From: Pyrinomonadaceae bacterium
Lineage (GTDB): Bacteria > Acidobacteriota > Blastocatellia > Pyrinomonadales > Pyrinomonadaceae
NCBI GenBank assembly: GCA_046313635.1
Contig: JBKBYA010000001.1
Location: 831,481 to 895,480 of the forward strand
Direction: 5' to 3'
Length of the DNA: 64,000 nt
Below are positions 28,110 through 37,759 of the stretch, one piece after another (position 1 is the stretch's first letter; the number at the start of each line of letters is the position of its first letter). The notes under the pieces are model-generated. The model worked only from the letters and a program-made list of their open reading frames with translations, searched no databases and had not been told where the DNA came from. The translations under genes were made by a program, and so were the position numbers.

Positions 28110-28445
28110 CTATCCCTGCAGCGGCAGGCCGTCGTAGATGAGCTGCCAGCCGTTCTTCTGGCTCGTCCGGAGGCTGCGTGTGAACCATTCGATCGCGGCG
28201 CGCGGGTCGTCGTAGAGCTGCACCGCGGGACGGGCCTCGCGCGGGTCCACGCGGCAGATCGCGGCGCCCTCGGTCGCGGTCTTGAGGCAGAGGAGCGCGA
28301 TCATATTGTTCTTTTGCAGGACGGCCGTGCGAAGCGCGGGATCGTCCTCGTCGTCGCCGCCGTCAAATTCGTCGAATGCCTCGAGATCGTCCTCGAACTC
28401 GTCGTCGAAGTCGAAATCAATGTTTGAATCAAAATCGTTGCTCAT
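28110..28445 (-). CDS. hypothetical protein with acidic N-terminus
   Basis: D/E/F-rich N-terminus; co-oriented between birA and coaX. Confidence 0.7.
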   Translation of the reverse strand: MSNDFDSNIDFDFDDEFEDDLEAFDEFDGGDDEDDPALRTAVLQKNNMIALLCLKTATEGAAICRVDPREARPAVQLYDDPRAAIEWFTRSLRTSQKNGWQLIYDGLPLQG

Positions 28446-28549
28446 TTTGGAGTGGATCGAACCGTAAGGAAAGGTTACATCCTCAAACTTCAAAGTTCAA
28501 TCAAGTAACGCTTCGACGGCGCGAAGTGCCGCGCGGGTTGCAGCGTCGT

Positions 28550-29296
28550 CTATGCCGTTCGCAGCATCTCGACATCGCCGGCCTGGATCACGCGAATGTC
28601 GCCGCCGGCGGCCTCGACGCGAAGAGCGCCGTTGGGCTCGAGGCCCTGGGTTACGCCGGTGATCCGCTCGCCGCCGGTGTCGACCGTCACGGCTTTGCCC
28701 GCCGCGTAGCTCGAACGCTCGGTCCATGCTCTTAAGACGGCAGCCGGCCCGTCGTCGTCGGACAAGATCGAATACCATCGGTCGATCTCGCGGATCAGCG
28801 CGGCCTCTACCGGCCGGGCTTCAACGGGTGCATTCGAGCCGAGGCATTCCTCGATCGATGTTGCGCGAGCCGCCACGTCAGGAGGGAAGTTTGTCGATCG
28901 AAGGTTGATTCCGATGCCGACGACGACCGCAAGGCCGCGCGGCGTGTCGGTCGACTCGGCGAGGATGCCGCAGATCTTTTTTTCGTCGACGAGAATGTCG
29001 TTGACCCATTTGATATCCGGCGCGAGGCCAAGTGCTGCGAGAGCGTCGTGCACCGCGACGCCGCTCGTCAGTGTGACAAGCGGCAGATAACGCGGCTCGA
29101 TCTCGGGCCGCAGAACTACGCTGAAGTAAAGCCCCGCATCGGCCGGAGAGATCCAAACGCGCCCGTGCCGCCCGCGCCCGGCGGTCTGCTGCCGGGCGAC
29201 GACGCACAGCCCCTCGTCGGCGCCCTGTCTGGCCTGTTTGAGCGCTTCGGTGTTGGTTGAGTCGATGGTGTCGAAACGTAGGATGGTGAAGTTCAC
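28550..29296 (-). CDS. birA: biotin--[acetyl-CoA carboxylase] ligase (no HTH domain)
   Basis: DSTN, QTAGRGRHGR, IKWVND, KKICGIL and GIGIN motifs; GTG start at 29296 inferred. Confidence 0.92.
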   Translation of the reverse strand: MNFTILRFDTIDSTNTEALKQARQGADEGLCVVARQQTAGRGRHGRVWISPADAGLYFSVVLRPEIEPRYLPLVTLTSGVAVHDALAALGLAPDIKWVNDILVDEKKICGILAESTDTPRGLAVVVGIGINLRSTNFPPDVAARATSIEECLGSNAPVEARPVEAALIREIDRWYSILSDDDGPAAVLRAWTERSSYAAGKAVTVDTGGERITGVTQGLEPNGALRVEAAGGDIRVIQAGDVEMLRTA

Positions 29297-29297
29297 A

Positions 29298-29350
29298 GGA
29301 TCTCGGATCTTGGATCTAGGGTTTCGAAATTGAAATTCCGCATTCCGCAT
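29298..29350. repeat. 7-bp tandem repeat tract directly upstream of birA
   Basis: GGATCTC GGATCTT GGATCTA GGGTTTC GAAATTG AAATTCC GCATTCC. Confidence 0.75.
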
Positions 29351-29416
29351 AAAGGCAGAACCACCTCGTCAGCCGAAGCCGCTGCCACCCGTCCTTCGTA
29401 AGTAAGGGAGCTTCTT

Positions 29417-30382
29417 TCAGATCTTCCACAGCGAGTCGCAGTAATAGTTCCTGCTGTCAAAAAAGTTCTCTTTTACCTCAAAGCCGCTCTCGCGGGCGAG
29501 GCCGTCGATCGTCGTGAGCGAGTACTTTTGCGAGATCTCCATAAAGACCGCTTCCCACTGCTCAAAGTCGAACGAGCGGCCGAGGGCTCCTATGTGCACG
29601 GTTTGCTTTTCGCGGCTGATGAGAAAGCTGCGGGCGGCGCGTTCGACCGGGCGGTAGATGGCGTAATGCGACCATTTGGCGAGGTCAAAGTCGCCGCCGA
29701 GCTCGCGGTTGATGCGCCGAAGCAGGTTGAGATTGAATTCGGCTGTGACGCCCGCCGAGTCGTCGTAGGCCCGGACGATGACGTGCGGGTCCTTGACCAG
29801 ATCAAAGCCGACGAATAGAAGATCGTTCTCGCTCATCACCGCGCGGAGTGAACGGAAAAAGTCGATCGACCGCTCTCGTGTGAAATTGCCGACGTTCGAG
29901 CCGAGGAACATCAGCACCTTGCGCCGCCCCGTGCCGCCCTTTAGCGACTTGAGAATGTCGAAGTAATCGCCGCGACGCGGCTCCATCCGCAGAGCGGGGA
30001 ATTCGGACGTAAACTTTGCGCGGAGCGCGTCGAGCGCCTCTTGAGAGATATCGATTGGCGAATAGCTGACGTCGGCCCCGCGTGCTAAAAAATGCGATAC
30101 GAGAACCGCCGTCTTTATCCCGTCGCCGGCGCCGAGCTCGATCAGGTCAAACGCGTTGCCGCCGTCGGCGAACTTGCGAAAGATCGTCTCGGCCTGCGTC
30201 TCAAAGATCTCCATTTCGCAGCGCGTAAGGTAGTACTCAGGCAGCTTCATTATCTCTTGAAACAGCCGCGAGCCTTCGTCGTCATAAAAGTACTTGGACG
30301 ACAGGGATTTTGGCGACGCCGACAGGCCGGCGAGCACGTCGGACGCAAATTGTGAAATCTCGGGGCCGGGAGAGACTTGCAT
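29417..30382 (-). CDS. egtD: L-histidine N-alpha-methyltransferase
   Basis: KYFYDDEGS, LPEYYLTR, ELGAGDG, AYDDSAGVTAEFN and EISQKY motifs; next to egtB. Confidence 0.93.
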   Translation of the reverse strand: MQVSPGPEISQFASDVLAGLSASPKSLSSKYFYDDEGSRLFQEIMKLPEYYLTRCEMEIFETQAETIFRKFADGGNAFDLIELGAGDGIKTAVLVSHFLARGADVSYSPIDISQEALDALRAKFTSEFPALRMEPRRGDYFDILKSLKGGTGRRKVLMFLGSNVGNFTRERSIDFFRSLRAVMSENDLLFVGFDLVKDPHVIVRAYDDSAGVTAEFNLNLLRRINRELGGDFDLAKWSHYAIYRPVERAARSFLISREKQTVHIGALGRSFDFEQWEAVFMEISQKYSLTTIDGLARESGFEVKENFFDSRNYYCDSLWKI

Positions 30383-30389
30383 ACGGTTA

Positions 30390-30548
30390 AAATTCCAAAT
30401 TCCAAATTCCAAATTCCAGATTCCAAATTCCAGATTGGCGGCATCGGCGTCGAATCGCCGGGGCTAAGATCCTACATTCGACATTCGACATTCCCTATCC
30501 GCGCTTCAGATCTGGAATTTGGAATTCGGAATTTGGAATCTGGAATCA
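30390..30548. repeat. inverted 7-bp tandem repeat arrays (ARATTCC / GGAATYN) with an internal ACATTCG repeat
   Basis: 6 units at 30390-30431, 3 ACATTCS units at 30474-30494, 5 inverted units at 30514-30548. Confidence 0.92.
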
Positions 30549-31835
30549 CTCCGCCAGCCTAATGCCGGTGAACTGCCACCGCAGCGGCGGATGGAAGAAA
30601 TTCCGGTACGTCGGTCGGCTGTGGCCCGCGGGCGTCGCGACCGAAGCTCCGCGCAGCACCATTTGATTGATCATGAATTTGCCGTTGTATTCGCCGACGG
30701 CGCCTATTGGCTTCGCAAAGCCGGGATACGGCAGGTACGCCGAATTTGTCCATTCCCAGCGCAGGCCCCAATCGAGCCGGTCGCTCGCGGCCTCCCATTC
30801 GAACTCGGTAGGCAGTCGCTTGCCGCGCCATTCGGCGTAGGCCGCGGCCTCGTAGTACGAGACGTGACAGACCGGTGCGTCGAGCGGCAGCGGCCTCAGA
30901 CCGGCGAGCGTGAAGTGATGCCATTCGCCGTCGCGCTCGTGCCAGTAGAGCGGCGAGCGAATGTCGTTCTGATTCACCCAGTCCCAGCCCTCCGAGTGCC
31001 AAAGGCGATGATCGAGGTAACCGCCGTCGCGGATGAATTCGAGAAACTCGCCGTTGGTTGCGAGCCGGCCTGCGATCGCAAAGTCGTCGAGCCAGACCTT
31101 GTGCCGCGCCAGCTCGTTGTCGAAACAAAATCCTTCGCCGTCAAAGCCGATCTCGCGAATGCCGCCCTCGATCTCGACAGCGCCTTGGCCGCGCGTGTCA
31201 GCGAGCTCTTCGATCGCGAAGTCCTCGCGATAGGCCGGGAAGAGAGGATTGACGCTCAGCGTGTACTTGAGATCGGTCAGAAAAAGTTCCTGATGCTGCT
31301 GCTCGTGGTTGAGGCCGAGGACGATCAGATCGGTCAATTTCGGGTTTCGGATTTCGGATTGCGGATCTGATGCGGCAAGATCCACGGAGCGTCTCTCCTG
31401 CTCGCAAAGTATCTGCCGAACATGCTCGTCGACGTATTTGCGGTATTCGAAAACGGTTTTCACCGTCGGCCGGCTCAGGTCGCCGCGGTGGTCGCGGGCC
31501 GTTCGTTCGCCGACCGAGTTGTAGTAGCTGTTAAAAAGAAAGGTGAATCGCTCGTCAAAGACCTTGTAGCCCGGAACGAAACTCTTGAGCACCATCTCCT
31601 CGAAGAACCACGTCGTGTGCGCGATGTTCCACTTCGGCGGCGAGACGTCGACGATCGGCTGCGGAATGTAGTCCTCGATCTCGAGCGGCCGGCAGAGCTC
31701 CTCTGTGTAGGAGCGCACTCGATCGTAAAACGCCGGCAAGGGCTCTCCGGAGGGTTCGTGTCTGGGGTCGGCTGCGGAGGTCATATCGATCGATGTACGG
31801 TCGGACGCTGCAATGTGGTCATCGCCGGAGGTCAT
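30546..31835 (-). CDS. egtB: ergothioneine biosynthesis sulfoxide synthase
   Basis: SPPKWNIAHTTWFFE, HEQQHQEL, RLPTEFEWE and GEYNGKFM motifs; start could instead be 31784. Confidence 0.93.
   Translation of the reverse strand: MTSGDDHIAASDRTSIDMTSAADPRHEPSGEPLPAFYDRVRSYTEELCRPLEIEDYIPQPIVDVSPPKWNIAHTTWFFEEMVLKSFVPGYKVFDERFTFLFNSYYNSVGERTARDHRGDLSRPTVKTVFEYRKYVDEHVRQILCEQERRSVDLAASDPQSEIRNPKLTDLIVLGLNHEQQHQELFLTDLKYTLSVNPLFPAYREDFAIEELADTRGQGAVEIEGGIREIGFDGEGFCFDNELARHKVWLDDFAIAGRLATNGEFLEFIRDGGYLDHRLWHSEGWDWVNQNDIRSPLYWHERDGEWHHFTLAGLRPLPLDAPVCHVSYYEAAAYAEWRGKRLPTEFEWEAASDRLDWGLRWEWTNSAYLPYPGFAKPIGAVGEYNGKFMINQMVLRGASVATPAGHSRPTYRNFFHPPLRWQFTGIRLAE
31335..31369. repeat. 7-bp tandem repeat tract inside egtB coding sequence
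   Basis: CAATTTC GGGTTTC GGATTTC GGATTGC GGATCTG; translates as DPQSEIRNPKL. Confidence 0.75.
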
Positions 31836-32716
31836 TCTACCAGTTTGAGCTTCTGCAAGGCGTCGCGGCAGTTGCTCGCAAGATACGGGTCGCGAGCGTT
31901 CAGATTTGCAGCAAGCGCTCGCTCGGCCGTGCGATCGCCTATATTCCCGAGCGACCATGCGGCCTCGCGTCGGACGTCGTCCGACTCGGAGGCGTCCTGC
32001 AAGATCTGCTGCAGCAGCCGACTCGCCGTGCCGAAGGCGCGGACATCGCGGCCGAGATCGGCCTTGGCGAGCGTCTGACCGTCACGTGATCTTGCCGGGT
32101 CGACGATCACGATTTTATCGCCGCGGCGAATAGACTCGGCAAGCGAGCCGATCGACCGAACGGCCGAGCGGCGGATAAAATCGTTCGCCTCGTCCCGCCG
32201 CGATCCCTGAAGGTAAAAATAAAGGTACCAGACCGATTTGATTCCGCCCGCCTGTCCCATCGCGACAGCCGCCGCGGCGCGGACCTCGGCGTCCTTGTCA
32301 CGCTGCAGCACGGTCCTCAGAGCGCTCGCGACGCGGTCTTCGCCGTCGTCGCCGATCTCGCGGTCGGAGAGCTCGGCCGCCGCGCCGATCGCGTAGGCGG
32401 CCTCTTTGCGAACGAAAGCGGACTTGTCGCTGAGCAGCGGGACCAGGGCCGCATGTGCCTCATCGGCCGGCAAGAATACGACCGATGCGGCCGCGGTCGC
32501 GCGAACCGCTTCAATCGGATCGCGAAGCGCCGGCAGCGCCGCACGCGAGGCTTCGGCGGTGCGAAGGTTTCGGATAATTCGCAGAGCTTCACGCTTTTGT
32601 TCGACGCTGCCGCCGCGGACCGTCTGCGCCAGCGACGACAGGTCCTGACCGGCGGCCGCATTTGCGAGGGCGAGCGCCAAAAATAAAAGGGAAGCACACC
32701 GGAGCGTCAACGACAT
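31832..32716 (-). CDS. secreted HEAT-repeat protein
   Basis: Signal peptide; repeated LxDxxxxVRxxAA units; ATGA overlap with egtB. Confidence 0.8.
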   Translation of the reverse strand: MSLTLRCASLLFLALALANAAAGQDLSSLAQTVRGGSVEQKREALRIIRNLRTAEASRAALPALRDPIEAVRATAAASVVFLPADEAHAALVPLLSDKSAFVRKEAAYAIGAAAELSDREIGDDGEDRVASALRTVLQRDKDAEVRAAAAVAMGQAGGIKSVWYLYFYLQGSRRDEANDFIRRSAVRSIGSLAESIRRGDKIVIVDPARSRDGQTLAKADLGRDVRAFGTASRLLQQILQDASESDDVRREAAWSLGNIGDRTAERALAANLNARDPYLASNCRDALQKLKLVE

Positions 32717-32765
32717 CGTGCTCCTCCGGCCTGCTCCCCGCACAAATAATTCTTCAAAACAAAGC

Positions 32766-32996
32766 TTACACCGCGACATTTTGCCGGTACAGACGCTCCC
32801 ATTCGACGACCTGCCGCGCCCGGCGGTTTTCGTACGCGTCCGAGAGCGACGCGATCAGATCGTCGTTGAAAACCGTGTCTCTGAATTGATTTTTTGAAGT
32901 GGAGAATTGCGGCTGGTAGCTAAGGACGGCAGTGTCTTTATCGGTAAGCTTATCGATCTCGCGAGCGAGTTTAGTGTGGTTGGTTCGGTTGACCAT
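32766..32996 (-). CDS. small hypothetical protein
   Basis: Strong AAGGAGG Shine-Dalgarno 7 nt before ATG. Confidence 0.7.
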   Translation of the reverse strand: MVNRTNHTKLAREIDKLTDKDTAVLSYQPQFSTSKNQFRDTVFNDDLIASLSDAYENRRARQVVEWERLYRQNVAV

Positions 32997-33401
32997 CTCG
33001 GTGCCTCCTTTTGTTCGGCAGAGCGGTCGCGTCGAAGAAACCCTCAGGTCAGGTACGGCGATCCGCCTGCGAAATCTGATGTTTGCTCATTAAGCTGTAT
33101 TTCGTTAAACACTCCTTAACTTACAGGTTCAGCCAGAATACCACGATACGCCGCAGGCCGCCAAGATGGTTAGACTTTCGGACAAAGAGCACCTAAGATG
33201 TGCTCCGTGCTCTATCGCATCGACCAAGCCCTCGCCCTTAGATAGCCACCCGCCGCGGACCAGCGTGTTCGGGCGAGCGTGGCGCCGCCCCAACAGCGTT
33301 TACCTCAAACAGTGATCCTACGGCACGGTAATTAGCCGGAATTCAGACGTTTCCGCTAAACTTACTTTTTCCCGGGCCGGTTCCGGCCGAGACAGTTTTC
33401 T

Positions 33402-36116
33402 ATGGACGAGAAGTACTTCGCAAAAAAGATCGAGCAGAAGTGGCAAAAGCGATGGGCCGAGAGCGGCGCATTTAACGCCGAGCGGGACGAAAGCCGGCCA
33501 AAGTTCTACGCGCTCGAGATGCTGCCTTACCCGTCAGGCAATCTTCATATGGGCCACGTGCGCAATTACTCGGCGGGCGACGCTCTGGCGTGGTACAAGC
33601 GGCTCAAGGGCTTTAACGTTCTGCACCCGATCGGGTGGGATTCGTTCGGCCAGCCGGCCGAGGACGCGGCCGTCAAACGCGGCGTCAACCCGCGCGACTG
33701 GACCGAGGCCAACATCGAAACGATGCGCGGCCAGCTCCAGCGGCTGGGCCTCAGCTACGACTGGCGGAGACAGATGTACGCGCACCGGCCGGAGTATTAC
33801 AAATTCGACCAGTGGTTCTTTTTGAAGATGTACGAGCGCGGCCTCGCCTACAAAAAGATGACGCAGGTCAACTGGTGCGAGACCGATCAGGCCACGCTCT
33901 CCAACGAGCAGGCGAGCGGCGGCATCTGCTGGCGGTGCGGCAATCCGGTCACGAAAAAGGACCTCGAACAGTGGTTCCTTAAGACGACCGCCTACGCCGA
34001 CCAGCTGCTCGACGATATGGCCGAGATCGAGGCCGGCTGGCCGCAGAACGTACTAAAGCGACAGCGTGACTGGATCGGCCGCAGCGAAGGGGCTTATGTC
34101 GACTTCAAGGTGCACGTGCCGGGCACGACGGGCGGCCTCGCGCCTAATTCGCCCGACGCCGAAAAGGTCCGCGTCTTCACGACCCGCATCGACACGATCT
34201 ACGGTGCGAATGCGGTCGTCGTCGCACCCGAACATCCGATAGTCGAGAAGTACATCGGTCAATTCTCGCCCGAGGTCGTCGCAAAGATCGACGCGATCAG
34301 GGCCGAAAAGCTCAAGCCCGTCGACCGCGACGAGGAGATCGAAAAGGACGGCATCGATACCGGCCTCAAGGCGGTCAATCCTTTCAGCCTCGAGCATCTG
34401 CCCGTGTGGGTCGGCAACTACGTGATGATGGAGTACGGCACCGGCGCCGTGATGTCGGTGCCGGCGCACGACGAGCGCGATTTTGAGTTTGCAAAGAAGT
34501 TTGGTCTGCCGATCCGCCAGGTCATCTCGGAGCCGCATCTTGCGCACGAGCATCATAGCGTCCAAGCTCTCGCGCTTGAAGCTCCGTTTACCGACCACGG
34601 CGTTCTCGTCCATTCCGATCACTGGAACGGCAAGACGAGCGAGCAGGCCCAACGCGAGATGACCGCGTACGCCGGGCAGCACGGATTTGGCGAGGCCGCG
34701 GTGACGTACCGTTTGCGGGATTGGGGCGTCTCGCGGCAGCGTTTCTGGGGCTCGCCGATCCCGATCGTTTACTGCGACAAATGCGGCGTCGTGCCGGAGA
34801 AGTACGAGAATCTACCCGTCCGCCTGCCCGACAACGCGCCGATCACCGGCACCGGCGAATCGCCGCTTGCAAAGGTAGCGGAGTTCGTCAATACGAATTG
34901 CCCCAACTGCGATGCTCCGGCCCGCCGCGAGACCGACACGATGGACACCTTTGTCGATTCGAGCTGGTACTACTACCGCTACACCGACGCCGGCAACGAG
35001 ACGATGCCCTTCGACCCCGCGGCGGCCGAATACTGGACGCCCGTCGACCAGTACATCGGCGGCGACGACCACGCGGTGATGCACCTGATCTACGCGCGGT
35101 TTTGGACCAAGGTGATGCGCGATCTCGGGCTTGTGAAGTTTGACGAGCCCTTCAAGCGTCTTCTGACGCAGGGAATGGTCGTCGGCGAGACCTTCTATGA
35201 CGACGGGTCGGGCAAGCGCGTCTATCACGCGCCCGACACCGTCACCGTCGAACGCGACGAAAAAGGCCGCATCAAGTCTGCCGTCTCGGCCGACGGTACG
35301 CCGCTCAAATTCGCCATCGAGCGAATGTCCAAATCCAAAGGCAACGGCGTCGATCCGGACGAGATGGTCGAGATCTACGGCGCCGACGCGGCCCGGCTTT
35401 TTGTGATGTTCGCCGCGCCGATCGAGAACGAACTGGTCTGGAACGAAGCCGGCATCGAGGGTGCCGTCCGCTTTCTGCAGCGCGTCTGGCGGCTCGCATA
35501 CAAATGGAAGGACGTACTCACGGCCGGCCCGCGCGAGGGAATGACCGCCGAACAGGACGCAGGGCTCAGCGACGGCCCGCTTGCCGGCAACAAGGACGCC
35601 GCGCGTGCGCGTCTGCTGCTGCAAAAAACACATCAGACGATCAAGCGCGTCGGCGAGAGCTTTGAATCTCTGCAATTCAACACGCCGGTCGCCGCGCTGA
35701 TGGAGCTGACAAATGCGATCTACGATTCAAAGATCGAGCCCGAGAGCGCCAACCGCCGCGAAAAGCTCGCCGTTCGAGAGTCGCTGACCGCACTGACCCT
35801 TATGCTGGCGCCGTTTGCCCCGCACATCGCAGAGGAACTTTATTCCGTGCTGATCGGCAACGACGACGGTATGCTCGCGAACGGTGCACGCTTTCCGGAG
35901 TACAGCGAAGAGATCGCCCGGGCCGACGAGATCGAGATCGCAGTCCAGGTCAACGGCAAGCTCCGTTCGCGGATCATGGCGGCCCCCGACGCTTCGAACG
36001 AGCAGCTCGAGGCGCTCGCCAAGGCCGACCCAAAGGTCGCCGAACACACCGCCGGCAAGCAGATCGTCAAGGTCATCGTCGTCCCCGGCCGGCTGGTGAA
36101 TGTCGTGATCAGGTAG
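33402..36116 (+). CDS. leuS: leucine--tRNA ligase
   Basis: MLPYPSGNLHMGH, GTGAVMSVPAHDERD, RMSKSKGN and VQVNGKLR motifs. Confidence 0.98.
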   Translation: MDEKYFAKKIEQKWQKRWAESGAFNAERDESRPKFYALEMLPYPSGNLHMGHVRNYSAGDALAWYKRLKGFNVLHPIGWDSFGQPAEDAAVKRGVNPRDWTEANIETMRGQLQRLGLSYDWRRQMYAHRPEYYKFDQWFFLKMYERGLAYKKMTQVNWCETDQATLSNEQASGGICWRCGNPVTKKDLEQWFLKTTAYADQLLDDMAEIEAGWPQNVLKRQRDWIGRSEGAYVDFKVHVPGTTGGLAPNSPDAEKVRVFTTRIDTIYGANAVVVAPEHPIVEKYIGQFSPEVVAKIDAIRAEKLKPVDRDEEIEKDGIDTGLKAVNPFSLEHLPVWVGNYVMMEYGTGAVMSVPAHDERDFEFAKKFGLPIRQVISEPHLAHEHHSVQALALEAPFTDHGVLVHSDHWNGKTSEQAQREMTAYAGQHGFGEAAVTYRLRDWGVSRQRFWGSPIPIVYCDKCGVVPEKYENLPVRLPDNAPITGTGESPLAKVAEFVNTNCPNCDAPARRETDTMDTFVDSSWYYYRYTDAGNETMPFDPAAAEYWTPVDQYIGGDDHAVMHLIYARFWTKVMRDLGLVKFDEPFKRLLTQGMVVGETFYDDGSGKRVYHAPDTVTVERDEKGRIKSAVSADGTPLKFAIERMSKSKGNGVDPDEMVEIYGADAARLFVMFAAPIENELVWNEAGIEGAVRFLQRVWRLAYKWKDVLTAGPREGMTAEQDAGLSDGPLAGNKDAARARLLLQKTHQTIKRVGESFESLQFNTPVAALMELTNAIYDSKIEPESANRREKLAVRESLTALTLMLAPFAPHIAEELYSVLIGNDDGMLANGARFPEYSEEIARADEIEIAVQVNGKLRSRIMAAPDASNEQLEALAKADPKVAEHTAGKQIVKVIVVPGRLVNVVIR

Positions 36117-36348
36117 CTCGCCGAACGAGCTAATCCGGAGCGAGAGGCCCGTCGCAGGATCGGGCCTTTCGCCTTTTGCAACGGGTTGCGGACCGGCAAG
36201 GGCGACGCCCGGGGGCGCCGAATTTCGGGTGTTGACCTGCGTGCTATGATTATTCAACTCAAACAAAGTTCATGAGCGGCGAACCACACGTTTTGGGATC
36301 GCCGCAGATCTCGCAGGCGTCGATCCGCTGCTTTAGGGGGCCGAAATT

Positions 36349-37446
36349 ATGAGTTGGTTCAAGACCGTTACGGGTCTGTTGGTTTTTTGTGCAGGGTTGC
36401 TGCCGGTCTTCGCGCAGACGGGCGGGAATTTTGCGATCACCAGATCGGTCATCGCCGGCGGCGGCGGCCGCAGCGCGGGCGGCACGTTCTCGGTGGACTC
36501 GACGATCGGTCAATCGATCGCGGGCACGACCTCGACGGGCGGCTCGTTCTCGATCACATCGGGATTCTGGGCCGGCGGCGGCATTGCCTCGTCGGCGCGG
36601 CGGTCGGCGTTCGATTTTGACGGCGACGGCAAGGCGGACGTATCTGTCTTCAGGCCCGGCTCGAGTGCCCAGTGGTGGTGGATCAACTCCGGAACGGGTG
36701 TCGCCGTGGGCAGCTCTTTTGGGACCACCGGCGACATTCCTGTGCCCGCCGACTACACGGGCGACGGCAAGACCGACATGGCATTCTTCAGGCCGGGCAA
36801 TGCAAACTGGTACATCGTCAGAAGCGAGAACAATTCGTTCTTCGCTTTCCCGTTCGGGCTCGCGAGCGACGTGCAGGTGCCGGCCGATTATGACGGCGAC
36901 GGCAAGGCCGACCCGGCCGTTTTCCGCAGCGGGACGTGGTTCATCCTGAAGAGCTCCGACGGTCAGGTACAGACCTCGACATTCGGCCAGGCCGGCGATA
37001 GGCCGATCCCGGTCGACTTTGACGGCGACGGCAAGGCGGATCTCGCGATCTTCCGCAATGCGGGAGGCGTCGGGCAGTTCTGGGTCCTGCGATCGACCGC
37101 TGGCCTGATCGCCGCGCAGTTCGGCAACGGAACCGACGCGGCCATTCCGGCTGACTTTACCGGCGACGGCAAGGCCGACATGGCCATATATCGCGACGGC
37201 GGCGCGCCGACCAACTGGTTCGTTCTCAGGAGCGACGACAACTTTGCGAGCTTCTTTGCGTTCCCGTTCGGCGTCGCGGGCGATAAGCCCGCACTCGGCG
37301 ACTTTGACGGCGACGGCAAGGTCGATCCTTCGGTCTTCAGGCCGTCAAGCGCAACGTGGTTCATCAGTAAGACGACCGGCGGTGTGGATACGATCCCGTT
37401 CGGCATTGCGGGTGATGTTGCGCTGCCGAACGTGTACGTGCGGTAG
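36349..37446 (+). CDS. secreted FG-GAP/VCBS repeat protein
   Basis: Signal peptide; six D(F/Y)(D/T)GDGKxD repeats. Confidence 0.88.
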   Translation: MSWFKTVTGLLVFCAGLLPVFAQTGGNFAITRSVIAGGGGRSAGGTFSVDSTIGQSIAGTTSTGGSFSITSGFWAGGGIASSARRSAFDFDGDGKADVSVFRPGSSAQWWWINSGTGVAVGSSFGTTGDIPVPADYTGDGKTDMAFFRPGNANWYIVRSENNSFFAFPFGLASDVQVPADYDGDGKADPAVFRSGTWFILKSSDGQVQTSTFGQAGDRPIPVDFDGDGKADLAIFRNAGGVGQFWVLRSTAGLIAAQFGNGTDAAIPADFTGDGKADMAIYRDGGAPTNWFVLRSDDNFASFFAFPFGVAGDKPALGDFDGDGKVDPSVFRPSSATWFISKTTGGVDTIPFGIAGDVALPNVYVR

Positions 37447-37475
37447 CTGAAGCACGGCGATCTGCGAGTTACTGC

Positions 37476-37510
37476 AAGAGGCGGCCTGAGGGCGGCCTCT
37501 TTTTTATTTT
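37476..37510 (+). terminator. intrinsic terminator
   Basis: AGAGGCGGCC-TGAG-GGCGGCCTCT (one mismatch) followed by T-run. Confidence 0.65.
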
Positions 37511-37685
37511 GAATTGCCGTTTGTCGTCGTCTCCCGCGACATACAATATCGGCGACCGGATCGCCTATTTGGAATATGTACTGACTTTCCCGGTTAGCGC
37601 TCAGGGAGCTCGCCGCCTTCTCATCGGAGTCGTAAACTCAATAATCGCATACAGATAATCCTCGGATGCCAAGATCGATACCAGC

Positions 37686-37700
37686 TGGCACGTCCGTTGC
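37686..37700 (+). promoter_or_regulatory. candidate sigma54 (-24/-12) promoter
   Basis: TGGCAC-GTCCG-TTGC is an exact core consensus, 59 nt before ATG 37760. Confidence 0.65.
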
Positions 37701-37759
37701 CAGTTACCCTCCGGCGGAAGTAGTTCCGTAGTTTATTTCGGCAAGAAGGGAGTAAAGAT

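Noticed and set aside
29297..30412. N-terminal extensions MRNAEFQFRNPRSKIRDP (birA) and MEFGIWNFNR (egtD)
   Set aside because: These are translations of heptamer tracts; conserved domains start downstream
35510..35610. Possible repeat-derived insertion in leuS (also near 34110-34160)
   Set aside because: Appears to fall in variable loops, and I could not find a clear palindrome or periodicity
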